Shown: positions 7,768 through 17,584, counted from the first letter of the whole stretch. The stretch is DNA of 54,837 nucleotides, filler included, from 4 parts of 4 records of this genome joined end to end with filler, not necessarily neighbours in it, one strand, 5' to 3'. The notes: a model not told the origin generated them from the sequence alone. Translations and numbers: made by a program.

Positions 7768-8982
7768 ATGAAACTGCATATATTTGTCGCAACGACGCAG
7801 GGGCTTGTTGCCGTTCAAAAAATTTATGAGCAGGATCCTGAAATTGGTTCAGTGGTATCGATAAATGGTACCGCAACAATTTCGCCTATTACCCAAGCCT
7901 ATAAGAGCTTTGTTAATAAAGGCGCCGGAATTATAGCCGCTGACTTTGGCGGCTCATCTTATCGGGTTAATATCAGTGGACAAATCGATCAGGGAAATAG
8001 TTGGCAACTTGGTTTTTATCTCGCCCATGCGGTTAATGTACAAGGGCTTTTAGGCAATGGTGACGTTACAAACGACGACATGGTAATAGTGGCCACAGGT
8101 GAAATAAATACCAGTGAACGGAATGTTCTGGCGGTAGAGGAGGTTCCTCTAAAATTAAAAAAGGCCAATCAAATAGCTTGTCATTGGCCGCAATCGGTAA
8201 AGAAACTGTTTTTTATTCCTGCAGAAAATAAATTATCCGTTGTAAATGAAAATTCATTTTTAGAATTAAAATTTATTCGTGTTCTTGATGAGGTTTTTTC
8301 ATACTTTCCTATTGCTGATATTTCAAAACCTAAGATGAACAAAGCGAAATATTATGCCTTGCTTGGACTTATGGGAGTAGCCACACTATTCGCTACTTAT
8401 CAATTGAATTGGCTTGGATTACCTGACAGTCCTAAAGAGTTTAAGCAAGTTTTAGCTCCGCAGTTTATGAGACAAGCCGACAGTTCTATTCCTAAGTCAA
8501 CAACAGGTAATCCTATGCTACCTAGTGTTATCCCGCAAAAAAGTTCGGCTGAGAAGCCATTAGCACAATTGACCTTAGCTTATGGCATCGATAGAGGATG
8601 TGATAACAACAAAAGAACCTATCTAAAAGTAGCCGCGAGCTTGTCGCGGTTTGATACCGCAGAATATAGTGGCTTGTGTGAAATTATTTTTTCAGGCTTA
8701 GCTAATGTTTCAACCGTGATTGCCATTAATCGACACTCGCATCGCTATATATTCGCCACAAAATCAAATCAACAATTTATCCTGCCCGCACCTTCTGTTG
8801 CCGCAGAGTATTTAATTATTGCCCTGGAAAAAGACTTAAGTGATGCGTCAAAACAACAGTTGCGCTCATACTTATTTAATTTGCCCGCTCAAATGGTAAT
8901 TTCAACAGAAAGTATTAAGGAGATTTCATTGTTTAAAGGCAATCAACTGCAAATCTACAAACATCAGTTAAAAAATATTTAA
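7768..8982 (+). CDS. membrane-anchored Lon-type (S16-like) Ser-Lys protease domain plus TM plus putative periplasmic domain
   Basis: IDQGNSWQLG...VATGEI...VLAVEEVPLK...FFIPAEN parallels Lon PKDGPSAG...TGEI...LPIGGLKEK...VLIPFEN. TM YYALLGLMGVATLFATY; no AAA+ motifs. Start could be 7744. Confidence 0.65.
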   Translation: MKLHIFVATTQGLVAVQKIYEQDPEIGSVVSINGTATISPITQAYKSFVNKGAGIIAADFGGSSYRVNISGQIDQGNSWQLGFYLAHAVNVQGLLGNGDVTNDDMVIVATGEINTSERNVLAVEEVPLKLKKANQIACHWPQSVKKLFFIPAENKLSVVNENSFLELKFIRVLDEVFSYFPIADISKPKMNKAKYYALLGLMGVATLFATYQLNWLGLPDSPKEFKQVLAPQFMRQADSSIPKSTTGNPMLPSVIPQKSSAEKPLAQLTLAYGIDRGCDNNKRTYLKVAASLSRFDTAEYSGLCEIIFSGLANVSTVIAINRHSHRYIFATKSNQQFILPAPSVAAEYLIIALEKDLSDASKQQLRSYLFNLPAQMVISTESIKEISLFKGNQLQIYKHQLKNI

Positions 8983-9061
8983 AGGTTTTGGTAGTACTGA
9001 ATGGTTTTTATTTGAATATTACAAATATTCAAGGAACGAACGTGATTACGAAAAGGAGTAT

Positions 9062-9089
9062 TGGTACAACCGAGTGGACTCGAACCACC
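9062..9089 (-). tRNA. 3' portion of a tRNA (likely tRNA-Val), or an att duplicate of it; truncated by contig end
   Basis: Minus strand GGTGGTTCGAGTCCACTCGGTTGTACCA gives T-arm, acceptor strand and CCA; resembles the tRNA-Val(GAC) 3' end. Anticodon not visible. Confidence 0.8.
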
Positions 9090-9189
9090 NNNNNNNNNNN
9101 NNNNNNNNNNNNNNNNNNNNNNNNNNNNNNNNNTTAATTAATTAANNNNNNNNNNNNNNNNNNNNNNNNNNNNNNNNNNNNNNNNNNNN
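9090..9189. other. artificial contig linker
   Basis: N44-TTAATTAATTAA-N44 (stops in all six frames). Confidence 0.97.
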
Positions 9190-9421
9190 TTTTATACCGC
9201 AAAGATCAACACGCTCTAGACTTTTACTCGGGTTATTCACCATTTTCGCCAACAAGAATGGTCCGCCATTGGGATTAATTTTTTCATAGTAATAGTGGGC
9301 GTGTTTATTGGTATTTAAGTGTCTAACTGGAATGCTGCGAGACTAGAGCAGCAATACGCAGAAAACGACTCAGAACGCCTGTTTAAAGAATTAGTGTAAA
9401 ATTAAAACAATACAGGTTCAC

Positions 9422-12163
9422 ATGAAAAATACCAATTATCTAAAACAAGAACTCTACGAACTTATTAAAACCGATGAGTCAATTTTTGATTTTATTCAGG
9501 AGTATTCTCTAGATGGCTTGTGGTATTGGGATTTGGAGCAGCCCGAAGAAGAATGGATGAACCCTAAATTTTGGTCTGTTTTAGGCTATGACCACCGAGA
9601 AATGCCGCATAAAGCATCGGCCTGGCAAGATATTATCCACCCTGAGGATTTAACACTTGCCACAGAAAACTTTATCAAGCATTGCGAAAACCCAGATTAT
9701 CCTTACGATCAAACGGTACGCTATATTCATAAAAATGGCTCTACCGTATGGATCAGGTGCCGTGGTTTGGCTGTCAGGGATAAGCATGGCAAACCACTAA
9801 GAATGTTAGGGGCTCATCAAGACATTACAGACATTAAAAACAACGAATTACTGCTTCAGATGAAGACTGCCCAACTTCGAAACGCCCAACACGTTTCCAA
9901 AGTAGGTAGCTGGGAATTGGATTTAAAAACCAATGAGGTGGTCTGGACAGAAGAACTTTACAAAATGTATGGCTTTAATCCTGCACTTTCCCCACCACCT
10001 TACCCCGAACAAAAGAAGCTGTTCACTCCGAAAAGTTGGGCGGTTTTAACGTCTTCTGTCGACCTTGCTAGAGAGCAAGGCATTCCTTATGAATTAGAAC
10101 TTGCAACCATTCGCAAAGATGGAAGCCATGGATGGATGTGGGTCCGTGGAGAGGCGATATTTGATGAAAATAACAATATCATTGGCTTAAGGGGGGTGAC
10201 GCAAGATATCACCGAGAAAAAGATACTTGAATTGGAAAAAGAAGCATTAATCAAACGTTTAAATTATGCTTTGGACGCGTCAGGTGACGGCATTTGGGAT
10301 TGGACACCTGCGAATGGTACCACCGTTTTTTCGAAGGCATGGATAGAAATGCTGGATTATGAGGTGGGCGAGCTTGCCTCCCTAGCAAGTGAATGGTCTG
10401 ATAGATTACACCCCGATGATGCTGAGTGGGTTTTTACGGCAATTAGTAAAGTCACCCAGACGCCTGAAAATGGCGACACATTTAGCCACGAATACCGATT
10501 TAGAAATAAAGCAGGCGACTATTTGTGGATACTGAACAAAGCAAAAGTTGTCGAGCGAAATGAACAAGGAGAAGCAAGCAGAGTAGTCGGTACGCACATC
10601 AACATTACCGAACAAAAAAAATCTGAGCAAGCACTCAAAGATAGTGAGCTACGCCTAAGTTTTGCTACAAAAGCAGGGGGTGTAGGAGTTTGGGATTGGG
10701 ATATTGTAAAGAATATTCTGACATGGGATGAACAAATGTTTGCTTTATATGGCGTAAAAAGGGAACAATTTTCTAATGCGTATGAAGCTTGGTATAACGG
10801 CATATTTGAAACTGACAGAGAAAGAAGTAATACAGAAATTGAATTAGCGATAAAGGGCGAGAAAGAATTTAACACAGAGTTTCGAGTCCAACATCCAAAC
10901 GGTGAGATCAGAAATATTAGAGCACTTGGCATAGTAGTAAGAGATCAAGATGACAAAGCGATTAGAATGATTGGTACCAATTGGGATATCACCAAAGAAA
11001 AAGAAGCCTTAAGACAACTCGAAGAAGCAAAAAAACAAGCAGAAGCCGCCAGCAAAGCAAAATCAGAGTTTCTTGCTAATATGAGCCACGAAATACGCAC
11101 CCCCATGAACGGTATTTATGGCACCTTACAACTACTCAAAGTTGAGCAACTATCAGAAAAAGGCAGAGGCTTTATCAACAAAGCCGAGTATTCCTGTAAA
11201 AGCCTGTTAACTATCATTAACGATATTTTAGATTTTTCAAAAATAGAAGCAGGCCAGATCGATTTTGAAAACATACCTTTTAGTCTGGAAGGTGTAATTG
11301 AAAAAATTTCATCAGACATGCTGCCACTGGCAATAGATAAGAATATTGTCTATGAGGTGAACAACCACCTCACACACGATATGTGGATAGGAGACCCTGT
11401 AAGGGTCGGCCAAGTGATGCTCAATTTAATCTCTAATGCGCTTAAGTTTACGGCACAAGGCAAGGTAACGCTGTCGTTATCTTCACAGCAGCAAGCTTCA
11501 AACGACATTATTGTAATCGAGATAGCAGATACTGGCATTGGTATAGATAAAAAGGCGATGGACAAGCTATTTTTACGCTTTAGCCAAGCGGATCAGTCCA
11601 TTACCCGAAAATATGGCGGCACAGGTCTTGGTCTGCCGATTACTCAATCCTTAGTGCATTTGATGGAAGGGCAAATATCGGTCGACAGTGAGATTAACAA
11701 AGGCACAATTATTCGGGTCACTTTACCGCTAAAAAAAGCACAAGCCTCCGCCGACGACTTGGTATTTACACCAACCCCCGAAAGCAGACTGAATCTGACA
11801 GGCAAACATATTCTCATTGCGGAAGATAACGCCATTAACCAAGTCATAATCGAAGCCATGCTGGAACCCTTAAACCCCACACTGACTATTGTCGCTAATG
11901 GCGAAGAGGCAGTGCAAAGTGCATTGGCTAAACGCCCCGATTTGATTTTGATGGACATCCAAATGCCAGTAAAAGATGGTGTAACCGCTTGCAAAGAGAT
12001 ACTGGCACATATGCCTGACCTACCTATTGTCGCATTAACTGCCAATGTTATGGCCCAAGATATAGACACTTATTTAGAGGCGGGCTTTGTCGCGCATGTG
12101 GGTAAACCCTATGAAATATCTGTGCTGGAAGAAAAGCTGAAACAGCTACTGCTTGATAGCTAA
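9422..12163 (+). CDS. hybrid sensor histidine kinase (4 PAS/PAC, HisKA, HATPase_c, REC)
   Basis: Repeated G-x-W-D/E-W PAS starts; FLANMSHEIRTPMNG; NALKFT; DTGIGI; GGTGLGL; receiver AEDN...LMDIQMP...K. Confidence 0.95.
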   Translation: MKNTNYLKQELYELIKTDESIFDFIQEYSLDGLWYWDLEQPEEEWMNPKFWSVLGYDHREMPHKASAWQDIIHPEDLTLATENFIKHCENPDYPYDQTVRYIHKNGSTVWIRCRGLAVRDKHGKPLRMLGAHQDITDIKNNELLLQMKTAQLRNAQHVSKVGSWELDLKTNEVVWTEELYKMYGFNPALSPPPYPEQKKLFTPKSWAVLTSSVDLAREQGIPYELELATIRKDGSHGWMWVRGEAIFDENNNIIGLRGVTQDITEKKILELEKEALIKRLNYALDASGDGIWDWTPANGTTVFSKAWIEMLDYEVGELASLASEWSDRLHPDDAEWVFTAISKVTQTPENGDTFSHEYRFRNKAGDYLWILNKAKVVERNEQGEASRVVGTHINITEQKKSEQALKDSELRLSFATKAGGVGVWDWDIVKNILTWDEQMFALYGVKREQFSNAYEAWYNGIFETDRERSNTEIELAIKGEKEFNTEFRVQHPNGEIRNIRALGIVVRDQDDKAIRMIGTNWDITKEKEALRQLEEAKKQAEAASKAKSEFLANMSHEIRTPMNGIYGTLQLLKVEQLSEKGRGFINKAEYSCKSLLTIINDILDFSKIEAGQIDFENIPFSLEGVIEKISSDMLPLAIDKNIVYEVNNHLTHDMWIGDPVRVGQVMLNLISNALKFTAQGKVTLSLSSQQQASNDIIVIEIADTGIGIDKKAMDKLFLRFSQADQSITRKYGGTGLGLPITQSLVHLMEGQISVDSEINKGTIIRVTLPLKKAQASADDLVFTPTPESRLNLTGKHILIAEDNAINQVIIEAMLEPLNPTLTIVANGEEAVQSALAKRPDLILMDIQMPVKDGVTACKEILAHMPDLPIVALTANVMAQDIDTYLEAGFVAHVGKPYEISVLEEKLKQLLLDS

Positions 12164-12328
12164 ACCATGGCATATTAACCTGCTTTGACACACTTACCGC
12201 TGATATAACATAGTAATGTGTATTCTTGCCATGTCGTTGCCTTAAGCAATCGCTTAATCTATACAAATCAAAACTTAGCTCCTTTTATCGAAAGAGCCAG
12301 TTTATAATTCCAATCTTTTTGCAATTTT

Positions 12329-14665
12329 TTAGAGTGGCTGCTTTTTCAGTCGCAAAGCGTTAACAATCACAGACACTGAACTTAAGCTCATCGCAGCGCT
12401 GGCAAGCATGGGGCTGAGTAAAATACCAAACCACGGATACAAAATACCCGCTGCGACAGGCACACCCAAAAAGTTGTAAATAAAAGCAAAAAATAAATTT
12501 TGACGCACATTATTCATGGTGTTTTGACTGAGCAAACGGGCCTTGGTGATACCACGCAAATCTCCTTTTACCAATACAATCCGAGCACTATTCATGGCGA
12601 CGTCAGTACCGGTGCCCATGGCAATGCCAACATTGGCTTGAGCAAGTGCAGGTGCGTCATTGATACCGTCCCCCGCCATTGCCACAATATGCCCCTGCTC
12701 TTGCAGTCCTTTAAGAAACGCTAGTTTATCTTCAGGTGTCACATCGGCTTTAACATCATCCAGACCTAACGATTTGGCTACCGCTGCCGCAGTGGTGGCA
12801 TTATCTCCAGTCAACACCACAATTTTCAACCCCACTGCATGCAGTTGTTTTATGGCTTCAGCGCTGCTGGGTTTAATGGTATCGGCAATACTAATAATGC
12901 CTGCCAACACATTGTCAACGGCAATAAATATAACCGTATGACCTTGTTCTCTGAGCGACTGTACGTCAGTCTGCAAGGACGAAACATCAACTTTTTGCTG
13001 TTCCATTAACTGACTATTTCCCACCACAATGGCCTTGCCATCAACCTCACCACGCACACCTTGTCCAGTGATAGAGGTAAAATCCCGCACTTCTTTGAGT
13101 GTCAGATCTTGATTTTTGGCATGTTCGACTATGGCTGCGGCTAAGGGATGTTCACTGGCGGCATCTAAACTTGCCGCCAGTTGCAGGACATCGTTTTCTG
13201 CCATACCTTGATCCGCGCCGTCATGGTTAACTAGCAGACGTTGAACTTTGGGGTGACCTTCGGTGATCGTACCGGTTTTGTCGACCAACAAGGTGTCGAC
13301 TTTTTCCATCAGTTCCAAGGCTTCGGCATCTTTGATCAGCACGCCTTCTTGGGCTCCGCGACCAATACTCACCATAATAGAAATGGGCGTGGCTAAACCC
13401 AGCGCACAAGGACACGCCACAATGAGTACTGACACTCCCACAATTAGCGCGTTGGCCATAGCCGGCGCGGGCCCAAATATCGCCCACACGATAAAAGCTA
13501 GCACCGCAGCTGACATTACCGTAGGCACAAACCACGCCGACACTTTGTCTGCCAGTTTCTGGATAGGTGCCCGCGAGCGGCTAGCATCATTGACCAACTT
13601 AACAATACTGGCGAGCAAGGTGTCAGAGCCAATCTTGTCTGCCCGCAGCACAAAGGTACCCGTTGTATTTAAGGTACCCGCGGTGACTTTACTGGCCACT
13701 TTTTTTTCTACCGCTACTGCTTCACCAGTGATCATGGACTCGTCAATATTAGAGTGGCCCTCAATAATTTCACCATCGACTGGTACTTTGCCCCCTGGTT
13801 TAACTCGTAGTTTGTCGCCTACCTCAACCTTATCGAGCGCCACCTCTTCTTCACTGCCGTCTGACTTAATTCTCAGTGCCGTATCGGGAGCCAATTGCAG
13901 TAATGATTTAATTGCACTATTGGTTTTAGAACGTGCGCGCAGTTCAAGTACTTGGCCCATTAATACCAAAGTGATGATTACTGCGGCCGCTTCAAAATAT
14001 AGGGGTGCTCTGCCATCCAGCTTGAATGCGTCGGGCAAGGCCGACGGCATCAACAAGGCAAATACACTGAACAAAAACGCGGCCGATGTACCTAATGCTA
14101 TGAGGCTGAACATATTGAGATTCCAGCTCAAGAATGACGCCCAGCCCCGTTTAAAAAACGGCCAACCGCCCCACACTACCACTGGCGTTGCTAACGTTGC
14201 TTGCAACCAACTACTGGTTTTTTCTCCTAGCCAGTTCTGTGGGTCAATGCCTAGAATAAGGCCGCTCATGGTAAGAATTAATAAAGGCAAACTTAATGCT
14301 AAACAAAACCAAAATCGCCGCGTCATTTGCGTGAGTTCGGCAGTATCTTCTTCAGCCACCGCATTCATGGGTTCGAGCGCCATACCGCATATAGGACAAG
14401 GGCCTGGAGCATCTTGCTGGATTTCTGGATGCATGGGGCAAGTGAAAATGGTGTGATTATTTGACGCTAAGTTGGTGGACTTTGGATTGGACTGCGGATC
14501 ACTAGTCGATGCCGATTTCTGTTCAGAATGTAAATAGTGTTCGGGATCTTCCTTAAATTTCACAACACAGGATGCACCACAAAAAAAATATTGCTTTCCA
14601 GCGTGTTCAACAACCTTATCTGTATCAGCGGAAACGGCCATTCCACATACGGGATCTTGATGCAT
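12329..14665 (-). CDS. copA: Cu(+)/Ag(+)-translocating P1B-type ATPase with N-terminal YHS and CPMHP metal-binding domains
   Basis: DPVCGM, TCPMHP, CPCALGLA, DKTGT, SEHP and GDGINDAPAL motifs. Confidence 0.92.
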   Translation of the reverse strand: MHQDPVCGMAVSADTDKVVEHAGKQYFFCGASCVVKFKEDPEHYLHSEQKSASTSDPQSNPKSTNLASNNHTIFTCPMHPEIQQDAPGPCPICGMALEPMNAVAEEDTAELTQMTRRFWFCLALSLPLLILTMSGLILGIDPQNWLGEKTSSWLQATLATPVVVWGGWPFFKRGWASFLSWNLNMFSLIALGTSAAFLFSVFALLMPSALPDAFKLDGRAPLYFEAAAVIITLVLMGQVLELRARSKTNSAIKSLLQLAPDTALRIKSDGSEEEVALDKVEVGDKLRVKPGGKVPVDGEIIEGHSNIDESMITGEAVAVEKKVASKVTAGTLNTTGTFVLRADKIGSDTLLASIVKLVNDASRSRAPIQKLADKVSAWFVPTVMSAAVLAFIVWAIFGPAPAMANALIVGVSVLIVACPCALGLATPISIMVSIGRGAQEGVLIKDAEALELMEKVDTLLVDKTGTITEGHPKVQRLLVNHDGADQGMAENDVLQLAASLDAASEHPLAAAIVEHAKNQDLTLKEVRDFTSITGQGVRGEVDGKAIVVGNSQLMEQQKVDVSSLQTDVQSLREQGHTVIFIAVDNVLAGIISIADTIKPSSAEAIKQLHAVGLKIVVLTGDNATTAAAVAKSLGLDDVKADVTPEDKLAFLKGLQEQGHIVAMAGDGINDAPALAQANVGIAMGTGTDVAMNSARIVLVKGDLRGITKARLLSQNTMNNVRQNLFFAFIYNFLGVPVAAGILYPWFGILLSPMLASAAMSLSSVSVIVNALRLKKQPL

Positions 14666-14783
14666 ATTAATTCCTTAATTGTTTTAGATAACGATACAGC
14701 GACATCAAACACTATTCCCACAACGGCAAGCCAAGACTCCCCAAAAACTTACTCTGGCGATTCCTGTAAGTATTTTTACCTCG

Positions 14784-15200
14784 CTAGGACAGCAACAAAG
14801 GCGCGCACAACTGTCTGCTGACCTTTCCATGTAGCGCACTAACACCGTTTACTGTGCCAATGCTATGGATGGCCAAATAGGCCATATTAAAATCATCAGT
14901 TGGTTTGGAGGAATTTTGCTGTCCCAATGATAATAACTCGCTGACCGAAATACCCAGCTCTGCACTGGCATATTTGCCCAACCAATGATCAATCAAATCA
15001 GGTGAAAAGCAGTCAAATCCTGCAGCAACCACAGTATGAGTCGTAAACACATTATCTGCCCCAGTTGCCGCCAAATATCATCGGCGGCGTGATTCCACAA
15101 TCAGCGCATCCAGTGCCAGCTCAGCCAGCACTTCAAAACCATCAAAAACAGTAGCTAAAATAGCGTAGAGCTGACAGCTCGCCTCGTTTTGCTTGGTCAT
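14784..15200 (-). pseudogene. glgP: alpha-glucan (glycogen) phosphorylase remnant
   Basis: LAELALD..WNHAADDIWRQL joined directly to VFTTHT..AGFD..FNMAYLA..NGVSALHGKVSR; frameshifts, an internal stop and large deletions. Confidence 0.85.
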
Positions 15201-15257
15201 AGTGAACCCGAATTAAATCAGCTGTAAATTGTTAACTATATAGCGCTACAAGCCTTG

Positions 15258-15461
15258 TTATTCAAAGGCTGGTTTGGATTGGCCGCCCATTTTTTTTAAA
15301 ATAATCGCCAAGGGGCAAAAGCCTGTAAATGACGATTGCAATAAATTCAAGCCAACAAAGGCCGTCACCCACAACCAATAAACACTGTGCCACTGTGACA
15401 GCATTAAACTTAATAACACCACTATTCCGGCAAACCGCAATACCCAGCGATCAATATTCAT
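15258..15461 (-). CDS. DUF2892/YgaP-like small membrane protein
   Basis: MNIDR, two TMs, FTGFCPLA motif. Confidence 0.85.
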   Translation of the reverse strand: MNIDRWVLRFAGIVVLLSLMLSQWHSVYWLWVTAFVGLNLLQSSFTGFCPLAIILKKMGGQSKPAFE

Positions 15462-15517
15462 AAAAAGCCTTTTTAATATTCATTAATAGCAACTAACAGA
15501 ATCACCCCATTAAGAGC

Positions 15518-16570
15518 TTAAGGGCTAACTTCGTTAATGATAAGGTTACCGGGTGTAGGCGGTAATCTAGGCATTATTTGTTGTGGAAATGGCCCGGTCA
15601 GGGAGCCCAAAAACGCCGTAATATCATTTACCTCGCTGTCACTTAAGGTTTTATTGAGTTGCGTCGATGCCATCACCCGCACCGTCTCTTCTAATGACTG
15701 CACAATACCGTTATGCATGTAGGGCGCGGTATATAGCAAATTACGTAATCCCGGTACCCGCCACATATGTTCGTCACTGGGTTGATGAGTGGACTCGGCC
15801 CGCCCTTTATCTTTAAGTAAATCGTATTTGGCCACATAGGGGCTATCAACAAAAGTCGGGAACTGCATGAAAAAACCAGTACCAGTAGGTAATGCCGGAC
15901 CACTAAAATTCGGCCCTTGGTGACAAGCGGTACAACCTGTACTGACAAAGGTATTCATGCCACGTATTTGTTGTTCATTCAGCGCTGTCGTTTCGCCCTT
16001 GGCGTAGCGATCATAGACACTATTTGGCGTGATCAGTGTTCGCTCGTAGGCCGCAATTGCGCGGGCCGCATTGTCCATAGTCACAACATCACCGGAGCCA
16101 AAAGCACTGACAAATATCGGTTTGTAACCAGGGATATGGCGGACACGGTCAATCACATTAGTCAAGTCACCCATGCCCATTTCAACTGGATTGACGGGTG
16201 GCCCTTTGGCTTGTTCTTCAAGAGATGCGGCGCGACCATCCCAGAACTGGGTGGATAAAAACGCGGCATTCCATACCGAAGGCGCATTACGTCCCCCCAA
16301 TTGACCATGTACACCAATAGAAGTGGGACGATGATCATCACCGCCTTCGGTAATGTTGTGACAGTTAAAACAAGATACTGTGCCTGTGGATGAAAAGCGC
16401 GGATCAAAAAACAACATTTTACCCAAGGAAACTTTGGCGTCCGTAGTGGGATTATCAGCAGGCGCAGGCGCAACCGTTGGCAAGGCCTGCCACTGACCAC
16501 TACTCTGCGCTAAAACACTATTGGCACTGGCAAATAATATAACACCGCAAATTAAGCTAACATTTTTCAT
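15518..16570 (-). CDS. ccp: di-heme cytochrome c peroxidase
   Basis: Signal peptide; two CxxCH (CFNCH, CTACH); RNAPSV, QFWDGRA and TAPYMHNG motifs. Confidence 0.92.
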   Translation of the reverse strand: MKNVSLICGVILFASANSVLAQSSGQWQALPTVAPAPADNPTTDAKVSLGKMLFFDPRFSSTGTVSCFNCHNITEGGDDHRPTSIGVHGQLGGRNAPSVWNAAFLSTQFWDGRAASLEEQAKGPPVNPVEMGMGDLTNVIDRVRHIPGYKPIFVSAFGSGDVVTMDNAARAIAAYERTLITPNSVYDRYAKGETTALNEQQIRGMNTFVSTGCTACHQGPNFSGPALPTGTGFFMQFPTFVDSPYVAKYDLLKDKGRAESTHQPSDEHMWRVPGLRNLLYTAPYMHNGIVQSLEETVRVMASTQLNKTLSDSEVNDITAFLGSLTGPFPQQIMPRLPPTPGNLIINEVSP

Positions 16571-16670
16571 TTTCTATCTCCGTGAAGTTGAATACTCGTA
16601 AACAAGGCTAGTAATAAGTTACTTACAATAAACGGCAAACAAGGCCGCATTAATCTGCAAGCTCTGGTAA

Positions 16671-17237
16671 TCAGCGTGATTTACGCCACGGCAGCATGCG
16701 CGGCAGCATGCGTAACAGCACATTGTCTTTTTGGATATAGTGATGAAACAATGCAGCAGTGGCATGTAAACCGATGAGATAGTAGCCCGCCGTGCCGATT
16801 AACCCGTGGATATCCTCAAGCTGTTTGGCCAGTACCTTGTCTATACTAATCAGCGCTGGGAGCTCTAAACCAAAGAAGGGTATCGTGGCCCCCTCCGCGC
16901 TCAATATAGACCAGCCCAATAACGGCATGACAATCAAGAACAGATACAAGGTAAACTCGACACTATTGGCCGTCATTCTCTGCCAAAATGGTAATGGCGG
17001 AACAACCGGTGGAATATTTCCGCTTAGACGCACGACCAATCGCAACCACAACAGACAAAACACCGAGAGACCCAACATAAAATGCCAGGTTTTTAATCCT
17101 GCACGCATGTCGCTGCCCCGCTCAAACAATTCACGTAATTCGATACAGGCATACACGCCAATCAACAGCAACAACATCAGCCAATGCAATGCCATTAGCC
17201 ATGATCCGTAACGAGCAGGGTGATTTTCTATGTTCAT
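16671..17237 (-). CDS. cybB: cytochrome b561 (CybB/YceJ family)
   Basis: LHWLM, WHFMLG, IH and LHATAALFHH heme-ligand His pattern; 4 TMs. Confidence 0.88.
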   Translation of the reverse strand: MNIENHPARYGSWLMALHWLMLLLLIGVYACIELRELFERGSDMRAGLKTWHFMLGLSVFCLLWLRLVVRLSGNIPPVVPPLPFWQRMTANSVEFTLYLFLIVMPLLGWSILSAEGATIPFFGLELPALISIDKVLAKQLEDIHGLIGTAGYYLIGLHATAALFHHYIQKDNVLLRMLPRMLPWRKSR

Positions 17238-17441
17238 GTATTTCTCTTGAAAAACGCCCTTTAAAGGTCGCTTCAGTGGTATATCGCTGGCATCTCCATG
17301 ATTGTTTTATGGCTTAAACATAAAAATCATTTTGAAGCACTACCGAGAGTCAATCAGCAGATTCTCTCTCGGTTCGTGTTGTTGTTAAGTCTTCAATGAC
17401 TCATCACAACATATCCAGCGTAAGGGAAGATTGCAGCCCCT

Positions 17442-17461
17442 TCTGTGCGCTGGCTAACAGA
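17442..17461 (-). promoter_or_regulatory. Crp/Fnr-type site at class II position, cybB promoter
   Basis: TCTGTGCGCTGGCTAACAGA; minus-strand -10 TACGCT (17422-17417) puts the site centre at -41.5. Confidence 0.65.
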
Positions 17462-17564
17462 TAAGCTAAAAAATGGCGCTTTAAACTGCAACGCTGCCAT
17501 CATTGAAAACACTTAGAAATAGTGTGATTTAACTTGTCGCTTCAATTCTCATCACTGAGGCGGC

Positions 17565-17584
17565 TAAGTGCGCTAACAGACCGA
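17565..17584 (+). promoter_or_regulatory. Crp/Fnr-type site at class II position, PRC-barrel gene promoter
   Basis: TAAGTGCGCTAACAGACCGA; -10 TACAGT at 17604-17609 gives -41.5 spacing. Confidence 0.6.

Noticed and set aside
13263-14456. 397-aa plus-strand ORF
   Set aside because: Antisense shadow of copA; no motifs or RBS.
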